Source: Marsupella aquatica (lineage: Eukaryota > Plantae > Marchantiophyta). From it: a DNA stretch of 64,000 bases. Positions 13,571 through 27,028 of this stretch are shown piece by piece. The stretch is taken from contig OZ316891.1 of NCBI GenBank assembly GCA_973895155.1, forward strand, positions 652,043-716,042, in the 5' to 3' direction. Each line of letters starts with the position of its first letter. Within the stretch, counting starts at the first letter, position 1. Below the pieces are notes generated by a model, which was not told where the DNA came from, ran no database searches, and saw only the letters and a list, made by a program, of their open reading frames with translations. The position numbers and the translations under genes were made by a program.

Positions 13571-16500
13571 AAATCTTTACAGCATTAGAAGTCTTCATAG
13601 CAACTTGATGAAGAACCATCAACAAATTTTACATCATCATGATTTTCAATCAGTAAAGCCCCATCTATTCTTTGCGAGCTCTTGTCTCGTTCCGTGTATA
13701 AAGGAACTGGCCTGGCCCCCAATTTTTCAACCACATTTATATTGAGATCCATCTTTCAATGCTGATAACAGATCTTTGCATAAGTCAATGTCAAATTTGG
13801 ATATCGGTGAGGTCAATCACGAGTACACGTGTAACTCTGGACACTTTTCCAGTGATCTGTGAAAGACGATTTAAGATTAAATCAAATTTGTGAAGTCATT
13901 GCTAGTATTTACAAGAGAGGCCCAAACACTCGATGACTTTGACTTCTCATCTTTGGTACCTTATTCTCATACGTTGTCACCCTGGCTGCTTTGGTTGTCA
14001 TCGACAGACACTTCTTCTTTTGTGGCACATATCAGCTTGAAAAATTCTCGAGCTATTGAGGGCTTGGAATAACAAAAGTGCCTTCGTTCCAAGTGTCTCG
14101 CTGTAGGGAGTTTCATCGTAGGCAAGGCAACGATCTCGCAGCAATCTTCTCGGCAAGCACAGTGGTAGTGCTTGGCAGTGAGCTCGCTCTCTTAAGAGGA
14201 TCGTTACGACTCCTCTCGCCTCCGATTCCGATTAAGAAGTCCACCCGTGCCCTGCTCCCTGACGAAGAACTCCCAGACAGCGCCCCTCCCAAAACGCTGT
14301 CCTTGCTACTGCTGCTGGTAGGAATGCAGCAAGGCACCGAAAGTTGGAACTTCCCCCCTACTGCCCCGCGCCGTCATCTTCGCTGCCCGGGTGCTTGGAA
14401 TCTTGTGAGCCCCAATTTTTTTCAGTCGTCGTGCACTGCCTCGTCTTAGGACAGGTGCGTGGAAGAGAAAAGGCTTGATTCAAATCCTGGAACAAAGGTT
14501 TTGGTACGACTGTTAAAAGGAAGTCCATCGTTGCAGCCGTCACATCACGAATCCGAGATATGGAAAAATACAGTTTTAGTTGTCTGAAACAGATGTCGCG
14601 CTGTTGCAGGAGTGCTTGTAGCCTAGCTGCTGAATTCTGCCTCCATTGCCGTCGGGTCTCCTTAAACTGATGCTTAGAAGTTGCTTCCAGGCAAAATGCA
14701 TGAGTAATAACGTTCAATCACACCACATAGACTCGTCCTGTTCGGCGAAGACCAGAACCGAAGCGTTTGGATAGAATTAGCACGGCCATTCTCTGCATCG
14801 AGTGGGTCCTCATCTCGTACAGCAACTGACGAATCTACTCCACCTACTTCAGACTGAGAATCTAGTTGAAAGAACTTCGCTGACAGAATTGACCACGACG
14901 TTGATGAAAACGCATGAAAACATCATCATAAAGCTTCATCTCATCAAGTAACCAGTGGTAGGGGATTGCCTGGTTTGAAATTCAATTTTTCAGGAAACCA
15001 GTTATTTGCCAGTCTGCATCATTATCGCACGCTTATTTCGCTAGTGCTTGAGGATAGGGACAGGTTCCATCTCACAGTTTTAGTTCAGACCATAACAGAA
15101 ACCTTTCAGATATGCTCCTGTTTGGAGGGTGGGCGGCTCTTCCCTGCGTTTACTGTCTGTTTGAAATCTGCCTGTACTTAGCGGGGCCGACGACATTTGC
15201 TATCAAATTGAATCCCCCACAGTTTGTGTACGTCTCACGGCATAAGTACGAATTACATAACAACCTTTTGTAGAAGGCAAAATTTACCTTCCGGTTCAAT
15301 AAGAATTTGGAGGAACAACTACTTCAAATGATATTCCGTTGTAAAATCCGTATTCAAAATCAGCATTCAGGGTACCGCTGAAAAGAACTCGGACTCCATT
15401 GTCGATCCGTGGCCAAGCTTGGCGTCATAACCAAGCCTTTCAAGCCATGGCTGGTACATCTTGCTGAGCCACACAGACAATCATCAACCTGAAGTCATGA
15501 CCTTCTCAACCTATCAGTCCGGTTCGTTGATATACTCCACAGCAGTCCCACACACGGATGTCAAATTTCCAGTGAAATTGTGATGGGGCGCGATCGAAGA
15601 CAACTTTTTCACCTTACAATGAAAAACTTCAGAATATTAGACGACACATAGCTTCATTTCCACAGGATCCCAGGGCCCAGAATTGAAGAATGTAACCTCG
15701 CGGGAGGATCTCAGAAGTCTTCGATGTTAACTCAATGCTTGGTTATGAATATAATAAATGAAGGCCTGGCACTTCTATGATACAGGGTAGGGTTGACAAG
15801 GATTAATTGTTGAGAAAACAAATGAGGGACCAGTGGAAGTGTGGGATAAGAGCGACAGAGAATTTTCCATATCCTGGAAAGCCAAGCAATTAAACCTTAT
15901 CGAGCTGGTTTTCAGCATTTGGCATATCTGGTAGAGTCTAAACTCGCATCTGTTTAGTTTCCAAACTTCAATTTACTTTTCTGTTCAGATGTTAAGTGTC
16001 TATCTGTATCAATCATAAACTCCACAGAATTCCCAGACGTAAATAATACCTTGTCGTGAACAAATGTTAGCGATGAGTATTGAGCCGTCATCGACGGGGA
16101 AAAATCCTCAACTTTTGACGGCTTGCATACATGGCCATGATTTTTCTTTCTGCTCCACTGGACTTTTCTGAATATCCCATGTACTCGAGAATGAAATTTC
16201 AAATCGGTTTACTAGTAGTCTTTCCAAAAAATTCCAAAACTTAGATCTAAGCGATCAAGGGAGTGACATGCGCATTTAATGCCTGCCTCAATCTGGAAGG
16301 CTTAGCAAGGTCTCCCCACAAATTTCATAATACAAGAACAATGTGGGCAAGAACACATGGCAATTAGCTTGCTACATGAAGACTTCAAAATAATAATTGG
16401 CAAATTTCATAATACAACACACTCAGCAATTTAGGTGTGGCATTTGTTCTCTTGGAGGTCACTCATGCACAACTTTCTCGCCAAATGTCATGTAAACAAT

Positions 16501-16780
16501 TATCTAATATATTAAGTGAACTACTTTCCTTATCCCTGGAAGACTGAGAACATATCAAACTGTGGCTAGTATATACATAGAATTCCAAGTCACTCCGCAT
16601 CTCTGCCGATCAAAACTGTCTTGGCCATGCCATTTCCAACGCATTCCCTCCTGGAGGAGAGCTAGATCAATCAATCTGACCCGCATCTCTCACGTCCCAG
16701 ATGACACGCTGGCAGAGAATTGTAAAGGCCCTTCCTCTTTGCAGAGGGACCCATATGATACAACGAATGACGCCCAACGC

Positions 16781-18264
16781 TCATGGAAAAAGATCAACAT
16801 ATCCTGTAGCAACTGCTACACCCAAAATAGCAGCAGGTGGGACAAGTACAAAGAGCGCCACTGCCGTGAAGAATGGGGCATCATTACGCTCTGATACCTT
16901 ATTCATATAGTTTTGTCGTCGAATATTTCTTTTCTGTGAAATTGTCAGGTCAGTTGCTTTTATGTCCAATTTTCCACTTCCCAGGATAACGGTAGCTTCC
17001 TCAGAATCCTCAGCTTCCAGATCTTCTGCGAGTTGTTGAGCTATGGTTTTACTTGATGCTGAACACATAATGACCACAGCCAAACGACAAATCAAAGCTG
17101 CGTCCAAGTAAAATCTGTTTTACTGTCTTAGTGCACAACATCAAGAATAGCAATAGAAGAAATATCAAACCGTACTCTTGGGTATCAAGCATCTGGGAAA
17201 GAATAGATGCACGACGTGGAAACACACCTGTAGCACCCGAGGCACTTTCGGAAGTGATCTTACGCAGAAGATCCAAGTGCGATTGTACTGATGGCCCTAA
17301 AAAACACGAACAACTTGTCTTCAGTTTTAATACTATCACATTTTCAAGATCAGACCAGAGGAAATACAATTCGCTCCAACTTCATGAAACGAGAACTTTC
17401 AACATTATCTTGCTCCAACTCCATGCACAAGAATAACTTTCAACAACCTCACATGAGGCACAGCAGACTCTTAACTTGACTAGCACCGGTTCCTAATGAA
17501 TTTCGTTCTGTTTTGTTGTAATATGAAATACTTGGAAAAATATGGAATCGATAGCGAGAAAGTCGGAAAGTAGTTTATCAATCCAGCAACGCCATCAGAA
17601 GGAATGTAACAGAACAAATGCTCTCCTACAACTCTGAAAAATAATTAATTACAGTAGATTTTAGGATTGACAATTTATTTTCCAATTCAGAGAGAAGATG
17701 TCTACAGTACTTCTAAACACAATCCCTTTATGTTACATAGCTTCTTCCGAAGGCGACTGTCGAGACTAACCTACTGTGCCTACCATAAAGCAGACATGTT
17801 CCTCTTAGAAATGGCAAGTTCAGGCCTCGCTCAGGATGGTGTGCCCCGGAGAAAACACAAGGTGGGATGGGAGCTCAAGCCAGAACAGAAGAAAGCCTTT
17901 CAAAAATCCGAAAACCCTGCACAGGTGAAACACAAGAGAGGTGGGAACTAAGCAACGCACCTTCGGCAGTTTCGTTGTCCGTCGTTGGAGAGTCCGGCGT
18001 AGGGCTTGCATTCGGAATCACGTCACACTTCGATTTCCGCCGTTCCGACGATCTGGACGAGGGCCATACTCTTGGAGAAAATGCACTCTTGCTAACCCTT
18101 CCAGCACTAAAAAAACAATCGGCAACAGAAATCTCAGACCTGACGGAGCCACAGGCACCAGTCGAATTCGATATCGCCTGTAAAGGATCAAAACTTAAAG
18201 CAGAGTGACTTTTGTCGGCGCAATTCAGAGAACGCAACGAATTCGAAATCGCCACCAATGCCAT
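16781..18264 (-). CDS. Small plastid-targeted protein with one C-terminal transmembrane helix, function unknown; exons 18264-17961 and 17058-16781
   Basis: Ser/Arg-rich transit-peptide-like exon 1 is joined by a phase-1 GT-AG intron to an exon ending KRNIRRQNYMNKVSERNDAPFFTAVALFVLVPPAAILGVAVATGYVDLFP*. Confidence 0.75.
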
Positions 18265-19099
18265 CGTCCCTGACCCCCTCACTACTCACTCATCTAAAGC
18301 CAACCAACCGTCAAATTATGCAACCTGTGCCGCACAAACTAGAGACGGCCCAATTCACCTGATGAGTCAATCTGGTGAATGGTGGGGAAGTCACGGATCC
18401 AGCAGATTTAGCAGGGGAGCATTGGGAATTCTGTTTCGTCTAGCGAACGACCTCCCTATCAATCAAAAACAACCCCAAAGCAGGATCAATCCATCGAGGG
18501 AGGGAAGGATTTCGGACAGCGAGCAAGGTGTCGGCAAATCGAGGCAGGAGGGTGATTCTTCCACTTGTCAGGCTCCTTAGCTAGGAGTCAGTGACATCGC
18601 CAGAGAGGTTTGTGACAGATCAATCGTGTGTGGGAAGGTGGCTGGGTGACCAGCTTGCTGATCACATGCAGTTCTGCAGCGCATCATCGCATTGCATCAG
18701 CCGAAACGGACTTTGTACCAGAAAGAACGCTACGGATTCTCAGGTGAAAAGAGAGCGAGAATAACATTCTTCTAGACATCCACGGAGCTCCCTCGCCCAC
18801 ATCCACATGATCAGGATGATGGATCGGGCTCTTCTCCTTCCGCTTCGTCTCTTGTTCCTCCATTCGTCAGTTCGTATGTGGTGAAGCGAAAGTCCGGTCC
18901 TACCACGTTGTGACCCAATTCTCAGAACTTGGTTCCATAGAGGTCACAGGGTTCCTCCCTCAAAAGGCTGGGGTTTAGAGTTTCTTAAAGACTTATTTTA
19001 CGGAGTACATTTTAGTTGCCATCTTTCTAATAGCAAAGGCACTTTGCCATGTTTTTCTATCCATGTATAAACAAAATAACGTTGGCTTAGAGAAAGTGG

Positions 19100-19700
19100 G
19101 AAAATCATATTTCATTTTTTTCTGTACTGGTATCCTCCATACAACAATTTTGTACTTAGCCTTGAAATGTAAAGATATATTTAGCCATGGTTAGAAAAAA
19201 GATTTATTATCCTTTTTCCTTTCCCCTCTATCTTTTCTTTCCCTTCCTCCCGTAGTTTTTCATATTCTTATATAACACACTCCTGCTTTCGGGAATTATG
19301 ATGTAAGAAGAAGGTCTTTATTCTCCTCAGCAACTTACTACTACAATCTATACTTAGTAGCAATTTTATATATAATAAATATAATCCAATGTTACTAAAT
19401 TTTCCTCAAGTAATGAAATTTCAATTCAGAAGTTATTGCATAAACAGTTATAGTCTCTAGTTCCCTATCCATCCATCTACCATTATTTTATAAGGTTTTG
19501 TCTTTCCTCCTGCATTGTCTGGATACAAAATCAAAAAAGTAGGGACAAAATCTATCTTGGTTGTTGTATTTTGTTGCTCTTTTGGCAGACCACTAGCAAG
19601 CATGCAGGGAAGAAAAAGGCATTTATTTTTTCCTGTATTGGTACTAGCCTTCATACAACAATTATGTACTTAGCCTGGAAATATAAAAATATATTTTACA
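19100..19700. repeat. Uninterrupted copy of an approximately 0.5-kb AT-rich tandem duplication; its partner copy is split across about 19610-19700, 20680-20925 and 33836-34020
   Basis: Shared blocks include catacaacaattWtgtacttagcc, gcaacttactactacaat, aattttcctcaagtaatgaaat, aagttattgca and ctggatacaaaatcaaaaa. Confidence 0.8.
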
Positions 19701-20162
19701 GACCCCATGGTGAGCTCCTTCCAAAATCGCCGGAAACACGTGCATTCACATAGCACTAGTAGTCACAAACAAGAACAGTTATTTATGCAAGAAGAACCCA
19801 ACATGATTAGTTGTGTTTGAGGCAAAGCAAAGAAAAATAGTTAAACCTTGTAACTGTAAAAACAATGAAAAATTAAAAAATAACACTTCAAGTAAACAAC
19901 AAAATGGGTGAAACAAGGGTGATAATGAATAACCTTTAAATGAGTTGTCATTGAATTGGGTAGAAAGAAACTCTTTAAATAACCATGGGTGAAAAAAAAC
20001 TTTTCAGATTCTATGGTAACGTAAGATTCTTTGGCTACTATTTACAGATGAATACCATGGAATTGTACAAACCCTTCAGTTACCATGGGAATACCAAGGG
20101 AACATACAAAATCCATCCGCTACTTTAACATTTTGCATCAATTGTATGAGCATAGGAGTATC

Positions 20163-20505
20163 TGTTGAGCATAGACGACACTCGTAACGATAAGCACATG
20201 ACACATCCAACGCGCAAGTAGTCGACACAAGAGATACGTGGTTCACCTCCTCGAGGCTACGTCCACGGGAACACACAAGAGAGCTTTACTGAACTCTAAG
20301 CCCGTCGGCTATACCAAGTCTCCACAGTGTAAGCTCTCCTCATCTCTCAAGTGGCCCCATAACAATGAGCCTAAGTCCCACTTATCCAAGCAAACACCGC
20401 TTGGCATATAGTGTGCATCCTAGTTAACCTAACCACATCTCCGACTATGGTTAGTCTAACTATGGTTATATGTCATAACCCTAGACCTTGAGTACATACT
20501 TAACA
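20163..20505. mobile_element. Solo LTR (Copia-like), 343 bp
   Basis: Termini TGTTGAG...CTTAACA. Flanking 5-mers gtatc/gtgtc form a TSD with one mismatch. Internal acacaagagatacgtggttc...ggctacgtccacggg resembles a motif common in plant Copia LTRs. Confidence 0.7.
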
Positions 20506-20925
20506 GTGTCAAGAAAGGTTAACTTTGGACTGCTATTATAAATAGTCTCCTTGTTTTGTCATCTCATCTCCTTACTCAATTCCAATATGCACCTCTTCAT
20601 CGCTCCAACTTGTTGGTTCACGTCAAAATTACATAACAAATAGGTCCTCAAACTAATTAACCAGAGATTGGTTAATGAATTTTTTTTACCCTTTTTCCAT
20701 CCTCTCTTCCTTTCTTTTTCCTTCCTCCCATGGTATTTTGTATTCTTATATAGCACATCACACTGTTACTTCTGGGAATTATGATGAACCAATAAGGTCT
20801 TTCTTTCCCTTAGCAACTTACTACTACAATTTTTAGTTATTAGCAATCTTACATATAACAAATATAATTCAATGCTACTAAATTTTCCTCAAGTAATGAA
20901 ATTGATTTCAATTCAAAAGTTATTG

Positions 20926-21295
20926 GAGGGATATGCTCAATAGACCCCCTTCAGGAGAAACTTTACTTGATCAGCCCCCTCCAAACTTTTTTGCCCCAAT
21001 CAGCCCCCTCATTATGGCCCGTACCCTTTTCTCCCGTGTAAGGCAGTTTCCCCCGTGTAAAGGCCATACTGCACAGTTTTCAGCCTTACTGGGTGACTTT
21101 CACAGTACCCATTCAACCACGCAGTAACCAGGCAAAAATCATAGTGACCGTGTTAAGATCCATTACCAACGGGACCTCGTAGTTAGAGGTGAAAATCGGG
21201 CCTTGCACCTCCACGCCGCCACTATGAACATTAGGGTTATCTTATGCTAATTAATTAGAATACATTGACATGAGTGTATTCTATTTGTAAAACCA
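20926..21295 (+). repeat. Left TIR of the MULE (bipartite: about 150 bp near-perfect plus a second block about 21166-21295)
   Basis: Reverse complement of 33683-33835 and of about 33340-33465. Confidence 0.9.
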
Positions 21296-21359
21296 ATTTC
21301 CGTGCTTTAGGTTCAAGGTCTGTCATCTTTTGTGGGGTTTCTAGGTAGGATCGACGTTT

Positions 21360-21935
21360 TGCGTGGTTTTACGGAGGTTTTGTGCAGAGGCTCGTTTACT
21401 GTTGACGACGGGCCATTTTGCTGATGACCTTGCTAGTTGACAATTGTGGTGGTTGATGATTGTGTTTCTTTCATGGCTTTACGGAGGATTTGGGCAGAGG
21501 TGTGGTTGACTGTTGGCGGCGGGACATTTTGGAGACAATCGTGCTGGTTGACATTTTTGCTGGGCGTCATTTACTGCTAGCGGTGGGCCATTTTGCTGTT
21601 GATCGTGCTGGTTGACGATTGTGCTGGTTGACGATTGTGCTGGTTGATGATCGTGTTTCTTTCGTGGCTTTATGGAGGATTTGGGCAGAGGTGTGGTTGA
21701 CTGTTGGCGGCGGGACATTTTGGAGACAATCATGCTGGTTGACGTTTTTGTTGGGCGTCGTTTACTGCTAGCGGTGGGCCATTTTGCTGTCGATCGTGCT
21801 GGTTGACGATTGTGTTGGTTGATGATCGTGTTTCTTTCGTGGCTTTACGGAGGATTTGGGCAGAGTTATCGTTGACTGTTGGTGGCGGGCCATTTTGGAG
21901 ATGATTGTGCTGTTGACGATTCTGCTGGTCGACTT
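21360..21935. repeat. Subterminal tandem array of about 180-190-bp units built from short GTTGA/GCTGGTTGAC motifs
   Basis: ttaYggaggatttgggcagag recurs at about 21479, 21670 and 21845, with a degenerate copy near 21370. Confidence 0.8.
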
Positions 21936-22899
21936 TGCTCAATTCTGGCAAGTTCCATTTCGCTTCAATGATTGTTGTTTTTGGTGGTTTTAGATTGAGA
22001 TGATCACTTCCGGTATTGATTTCCTGGCGAACTTGTGAAAATCCATCACCTAGATTGAAGTTCTCTTTCTGTTTCAACCTTCTGTTTTCATTTTCCTGCA
22101 TGATATGAGTGGATGAATGGGTAATCAATATGCTTGCTCAGTAGGGAGGATTCTAGCCAAGAGTCCAAGTCTGGAGTACCACGAGGCACAATGCAAGGAA
22201 CTGGACCATGAAGGGGAGGGGAGGGGAAGATAATACGAGCTTAGTGGTATGATAATTTGCTTTCTTACATCTAAATTTTCTCAACTTCTCTTGTTGGTTT
22301 GGTCTAGCTATCATCAGAATCACCTCTTGTTGTGCGCTTCTTCATAATAGTGCAGATCATTTGCATCGTCTTCCCAGTTCTTATGCAATTTTTGATCACC
22401 ATCACATCCATGTCTTCCGGTTCTGTTGCATAGTTTCAATACTACATGGATAACAGTGTAGGGACTGCTTTCATTTGGTAGTTGAATCCTGTCCTTGAAT
22501 TTGTGAATGAAGTTTCCTCTCAGGATTTTGTGGTTGCCTGCGAGCTCTAGGCAAAGTGGACTTCATGATAGGGATTGATCTGCGTCTGACTTGAAGGGGG
22601 AGATTCTCGGTCGAAGCACTAGGTATGACTGACTGCATGTCGACGAATGTTGGAGGTGCATGTTTTGAATACCATGACATGGATGTTTGCGAGTTCTTCT
22701 ACTCTCTTTGAATACCATGACATTCGTGTCTTCTAAATTTGCTTATCTGTTGAAGTCGTCGGCATGAGTATAGGGACCGCTCTGCTTCCATTAAGGAGTG
22801 GAAAGCAATACAGGCTGAAGGTCAAGGTCATAGGCTGGAGAGGTTGGGTTCGATTTTGAGCCCAACCAAGGTTCATGCTCAGTTTCCATGGCGCCATGA

Positions 22900-25800
22900 A
22901 TGAGAAGAATTCGGGTAGCAGAGGAAGAGAATCACTTCCGACATCGTGTCGATGCTGAAGGCAAGCATGTGTTTGTGTGCATAGCAAGTGATCACAAGCC
23001 TCAATCATTTTCTTCCTTTGCTAGTTTCCAGACCCACATGGACGTCACACACAAGTTGGAGTTGCCACCTGCATTACTGGAGGCGGGCAAACCTTGGTTG
23101 TTCTCAAAATCTGACTTCTCCACTCGGATTGCCAAGAAACATAAGGCCCCTGGGCCAAATGTGAGGAAGGACAACAATCAGGCCTCTTGGAACCGGCTTC
23201 GATCCACTGTGCGACTTCGGTGGAGACAGACTAAGTTGCGAAAGAAGACAATGCTAAAGAAGAAGTATGGTGTTGCTGCAGATGAGCCGCTTGTTCCTGC
23301 AAAATCATTGCTTATTCGTGTCATCAAGGAAGTGCACATACGTGCAGGGCAGGCTAATGGTTGGTCATCCTTGTTGGATGATAGTTTGTACGAGATGTTG
23401 CAAGACTCTGTGTCAGCTACTGCAATTTCTCCTATTCTGTCTCGCTGGGTTGCTTCAATCCAAGCTTTGCCGGTACTCCTACCTAGAGATTGTAAGTTGC
23501 AGGCACTTCAATTAGATTGTAGTGTCTTGCCATGCATTTTCCCCCGGGCAGATGTGGAGGTGCAACCTCCCGAGCTGATGCAGTTTGATACAATTCGAGA
23601 GGCTCTCATTGCAGATGCCTTGAATTACTTGACTCAGAAAAGAGCGCTTCTGCAGTGGAAGCATGGGCCCAAAGAAGTGGACTTCGATGCTACATACCAA
23701 GATTACAAGGAGTGGAAAGAAGAGCAAAAGCCTGTCAGCACAGCCACAGCCACTAACAATTTGCTACAGGAATACAAAGGTCGGGGCATGACCACTGAAG
23801 CTGCACGAATAGAGGTATGAACTTTTTATTTTACTTCCTGCAATCTTTGCTTGTTGTTTGTACATTCCATTCTCATCTTGTCCCAACCATGTGCAGGCTG
23901 GACTAAATGAAGAGTGGGAGGACACTTCTGACGATAGTGACTATGAGCCTGGGCCTGAGAAGTGGGGTCTATTGCTAAATGATGTTGATAAACAGCCAGA
24001 TGAGCCAGATGTTGTTCTAAACCTGTCCTCAATACTTCAGTTGAGGACCCGCCTCTTGTACAAGATCCTATTCAGGTTCCTTCTCATGTTCAGGATGATG
24101 AAGACAGTGATCATCAGAATCCTTCTCATGTTGAGGATGTTGACCATCTTATTGAGCATCCTATTCATGATCCTATTCAGGATCCTATTGACCATCCTGT
24201 TCATGATCCTATTGACCATTCTGTTCAGGATCCCATTGACAATCCTATTCAAGATGTTTATGAAGAAGGAATCAACTTTTCACAACAGTGTGACTTGGTT
24301 TCAAGCCTCCAAAATATTCTTCACGCCTATGGAGAGGGAGAGGACGGCTATCCCCTCCAGGTCAGTCTTTGTTTCTTTGCTTCAATTACTTTTGAAATTT
24401 CTTTGCAAATTGTGAATACATGAGCCTCATCGTATTTGGATGCTCCTTGTGTTCATTGCAGGAAGGAGTAGTATCAGAGACTATCTTGGAGTTCGTAGCA
24501 CCACCAACCCCTACACCTGAGACTCTACTCCCAGACTTCATAGCGCCAGTCGCAGCAACAGCACCAGCCCCTATACCGTGTATATTAGTCTTGGAGTCCT
24601 TACCACCACTTGCACCAGCACCACCAGCCATTGCACCACATGTACTATTAGAGTCGGTACCAGTAGCAGCAGCACGACCACCACCACCAGCCCCTGCACC
24701 ACAGATTGTAAGTCTCTAAAGTGCAAACTTGGAAGTCATTCAATTGCAATCTAGTCTGAATACTTAAACCCCACTGTCTTTTCACTCCCCTAAGCATTCA
24801 TTTCATATATTGTAGGGACAAAGACGAAGGGGAAGGGGTGTACCACTGGAGTCCCCATCCCCAGTACAGAAAGCAGCACCATCCCCTCCAATGTCAACAA
24901 ACCCCTTCCAGGTTTGCCTTTGTGTTTTTTGTAAAAACATATGTTTGCAATGCTTTGCAATGTCTGAATACAGCTGCCTCATTGTCTTTGCCGTGCACTG
25001 CAATTTCTTCATTCTAGAGACTGAGCGGAAGGACAAGTGGAGGGGTTGTAGCAGTGGAATCACCAGCACCAGCCCTCGCACCACGGATTGTAAGTCTCAG
25101 AAGTGCTTACTTGGAAGTCGTACAATTGCAATCTAGTCTAAATACTTCAACCCCAATGTCTTTTCACTCCCAGGTTTGCCTTTGTGTTTTTGGTAAAAAC
25201 ATTTGTTTGCAATGCTTTGCAATGTCTGAATACATCTGCCTCATTGTCTTTGGTGTGCACTGCAATGTCTTCATTCTAGAGACGAAGCGGAAGGGCTCCT
25301 GGAGGGGTTGTAGCAGTGGAATCACCAGCACCAGCCCTCGCACCACAGATTGTAAGCCTCAAAAGTGCTTACTTGGAAGTTTGAATACATCACCCTAATT
25401 GTCTTCTGCATGCACTACAATTTCTTCATTCTAGCCCGTGCACGGGAAATAAATTTGATATAGGTCAGCCTGGTTTGCCTTCCTGTACAAGGCCACATTC
25501 CTTTCTATTCATATTACTTTGCAGGGGTTAAATACACAACCCTCGGTGTATTCAAGTCACTTAATGATATTCTCCATTGTAGAGAGGAAGTAGAAGGGGA
25601 AGGGGTGTATCAGCGGTGCCCCCAAAACCAGTAGCAGCACCGGCACCGACAAGCAACCCCTCCCAGGTATGTCTTGATGTACCAGGCTAATTTCCTTATC
25701 AAACTGCTTTGCAGGGAGTGAATACACAACCCTCATTGTCTTCTATGTCAATTAATAATTTTGTTCATTGTAGGGAGGAAGACAAAGGGGAAGGGATGTG

Positions 25801-26770
25801 TCAGCAATGTCCTCAACACCAGTGGCACTAGCAATCCCAGTACTAGCAACCAACTCCTCCAAGGTACGCCTTTGTGTCTTAGGCCACATAATTGAATTCC
25901 TTCTCATCAGCGGCGTCCAATTGTTGAGTAATGTGAATACCTCTTTGTCGATGTCTTTTGATGTTGCTTTGGATTGTAGGAAGGGCAACAACGGGAAAAG
26001 GCAAGCAAAAGGCAAAAAGGAAAGGGAAATTTGGTGGAGCAATCCCTTGCACCTGCCCCAACCCCTATCCCAACAAATGAACACTCAGCCCCTGCCCTTG
26101 TAACAACACCAACACATGCACCTGCCGGTATCCCTGGACCACCACTAGCACATGCCCCTACACCAGGACCAGCAGAAGCACCAACCCCTATACCAGTGCC
26201 AACACCAGGCCCTGCTTCGGCTACGAACTCCTCACAGGTATGCCTAAGGGTGCAGCAGCAAAATTCCTCTGCTTCATTGTGGAATGTGAATACCTCTTTG
26301 TCCATGTATTCTAATGTCTTTGTGGGTTGTAGGTACCACAAGGAGGAGCTGCTTTGTCCTTAGTACCTGTTCCTGTCTCAAGGAAGAGGAAGGAGGCCTC
26401 TAAATCAAGCAAGGGTATGAGCCAGGCATTGCAGGTTGTTCCTCTATTGGCAGTCAACCCCAAAACAAAAGTTGTGTTTTTGCACACTGAAGATGATGAC
26501 TTAGCAACATCAGAAGTTGAAGACAGAGTGAGAGGCAAGCCAAAGCGAAGTAAAAGCGCGACAAGTAGAGGCGGGGGGCAAGGGAGAGGAAGAGGAGCAC
26601 AGTCTTCTACTCAACCAACTCCCTTGCATGAAATCCCGCTAGGTGATGGTGACAATGTAGACACATTTGGGCCATCACAACTTTTGCATGACTCCCAAAT
26701 GACTGCTTCACAAGATACATTCAGGGAGGTTATTGACCAACTCCCGCACCCTTCCCAGTATGTTGACTGA
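22900..26770 (+). CDS. MULE-borne accessory gene of unknown function: N-terminal C2H2-like motif, acidic/His repeat and Pro/Ala-rich RGRG mini-exons; about 10 exons, probable frameshift near 24020
   Basis: The 306-aa first ORF (FVCIASDHKPQSFSSFASFQTHMDVTH) ends at a GT donor near 23815. A chain of phase-0 GT-AG exons follows (starting about 23897, 24462, 24814, 25018, 25280, 25583, 25774, 25980, 26333), ending HPSQYVD*. Confidence 0.65.
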
Positions 26771-27028
26771 GCGTGGACACCCTTCCCGTGTGGTACTAAG
26801 CCATTTTTGTGGTAGCTTCAATGGTCTTTAGATGCAATGTAGCTTGAGGTAGCTTCAGATACAATGTAGCTTCATTGGAAGGCAAGGAGGCCCATGATAC
26901 ATCTACACTGCAAGGTCACAACTCGACTTGCAACTTGTACTGGAAACATTTATGAATAAAAAGCAAGTTGCATTCATTGTGTTCTGATGTATAAAAGTTA
27001 TTCATTTTGCTTTCAGTCTGCACCTTCA

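Noticed and set aside
14078-14790. Overlapping ORFs on both strands downstream of CMT1
   Set aside because: GC-richer and coding-like, but the frames do not join, there is no recognisable motif and no clear splice model. It could be a lncRNA or a decayed gene.
20933-21127. Matching small ORFs at 20933 (+) and 33837 (-)
   Set aside because: They are translations of the two TIRs, not genes.
21479-22128. Gln/His-rich minus-strand ORFs
   Set aside because: They arise from the subterminal repeat array; there is no evidence of a gene.
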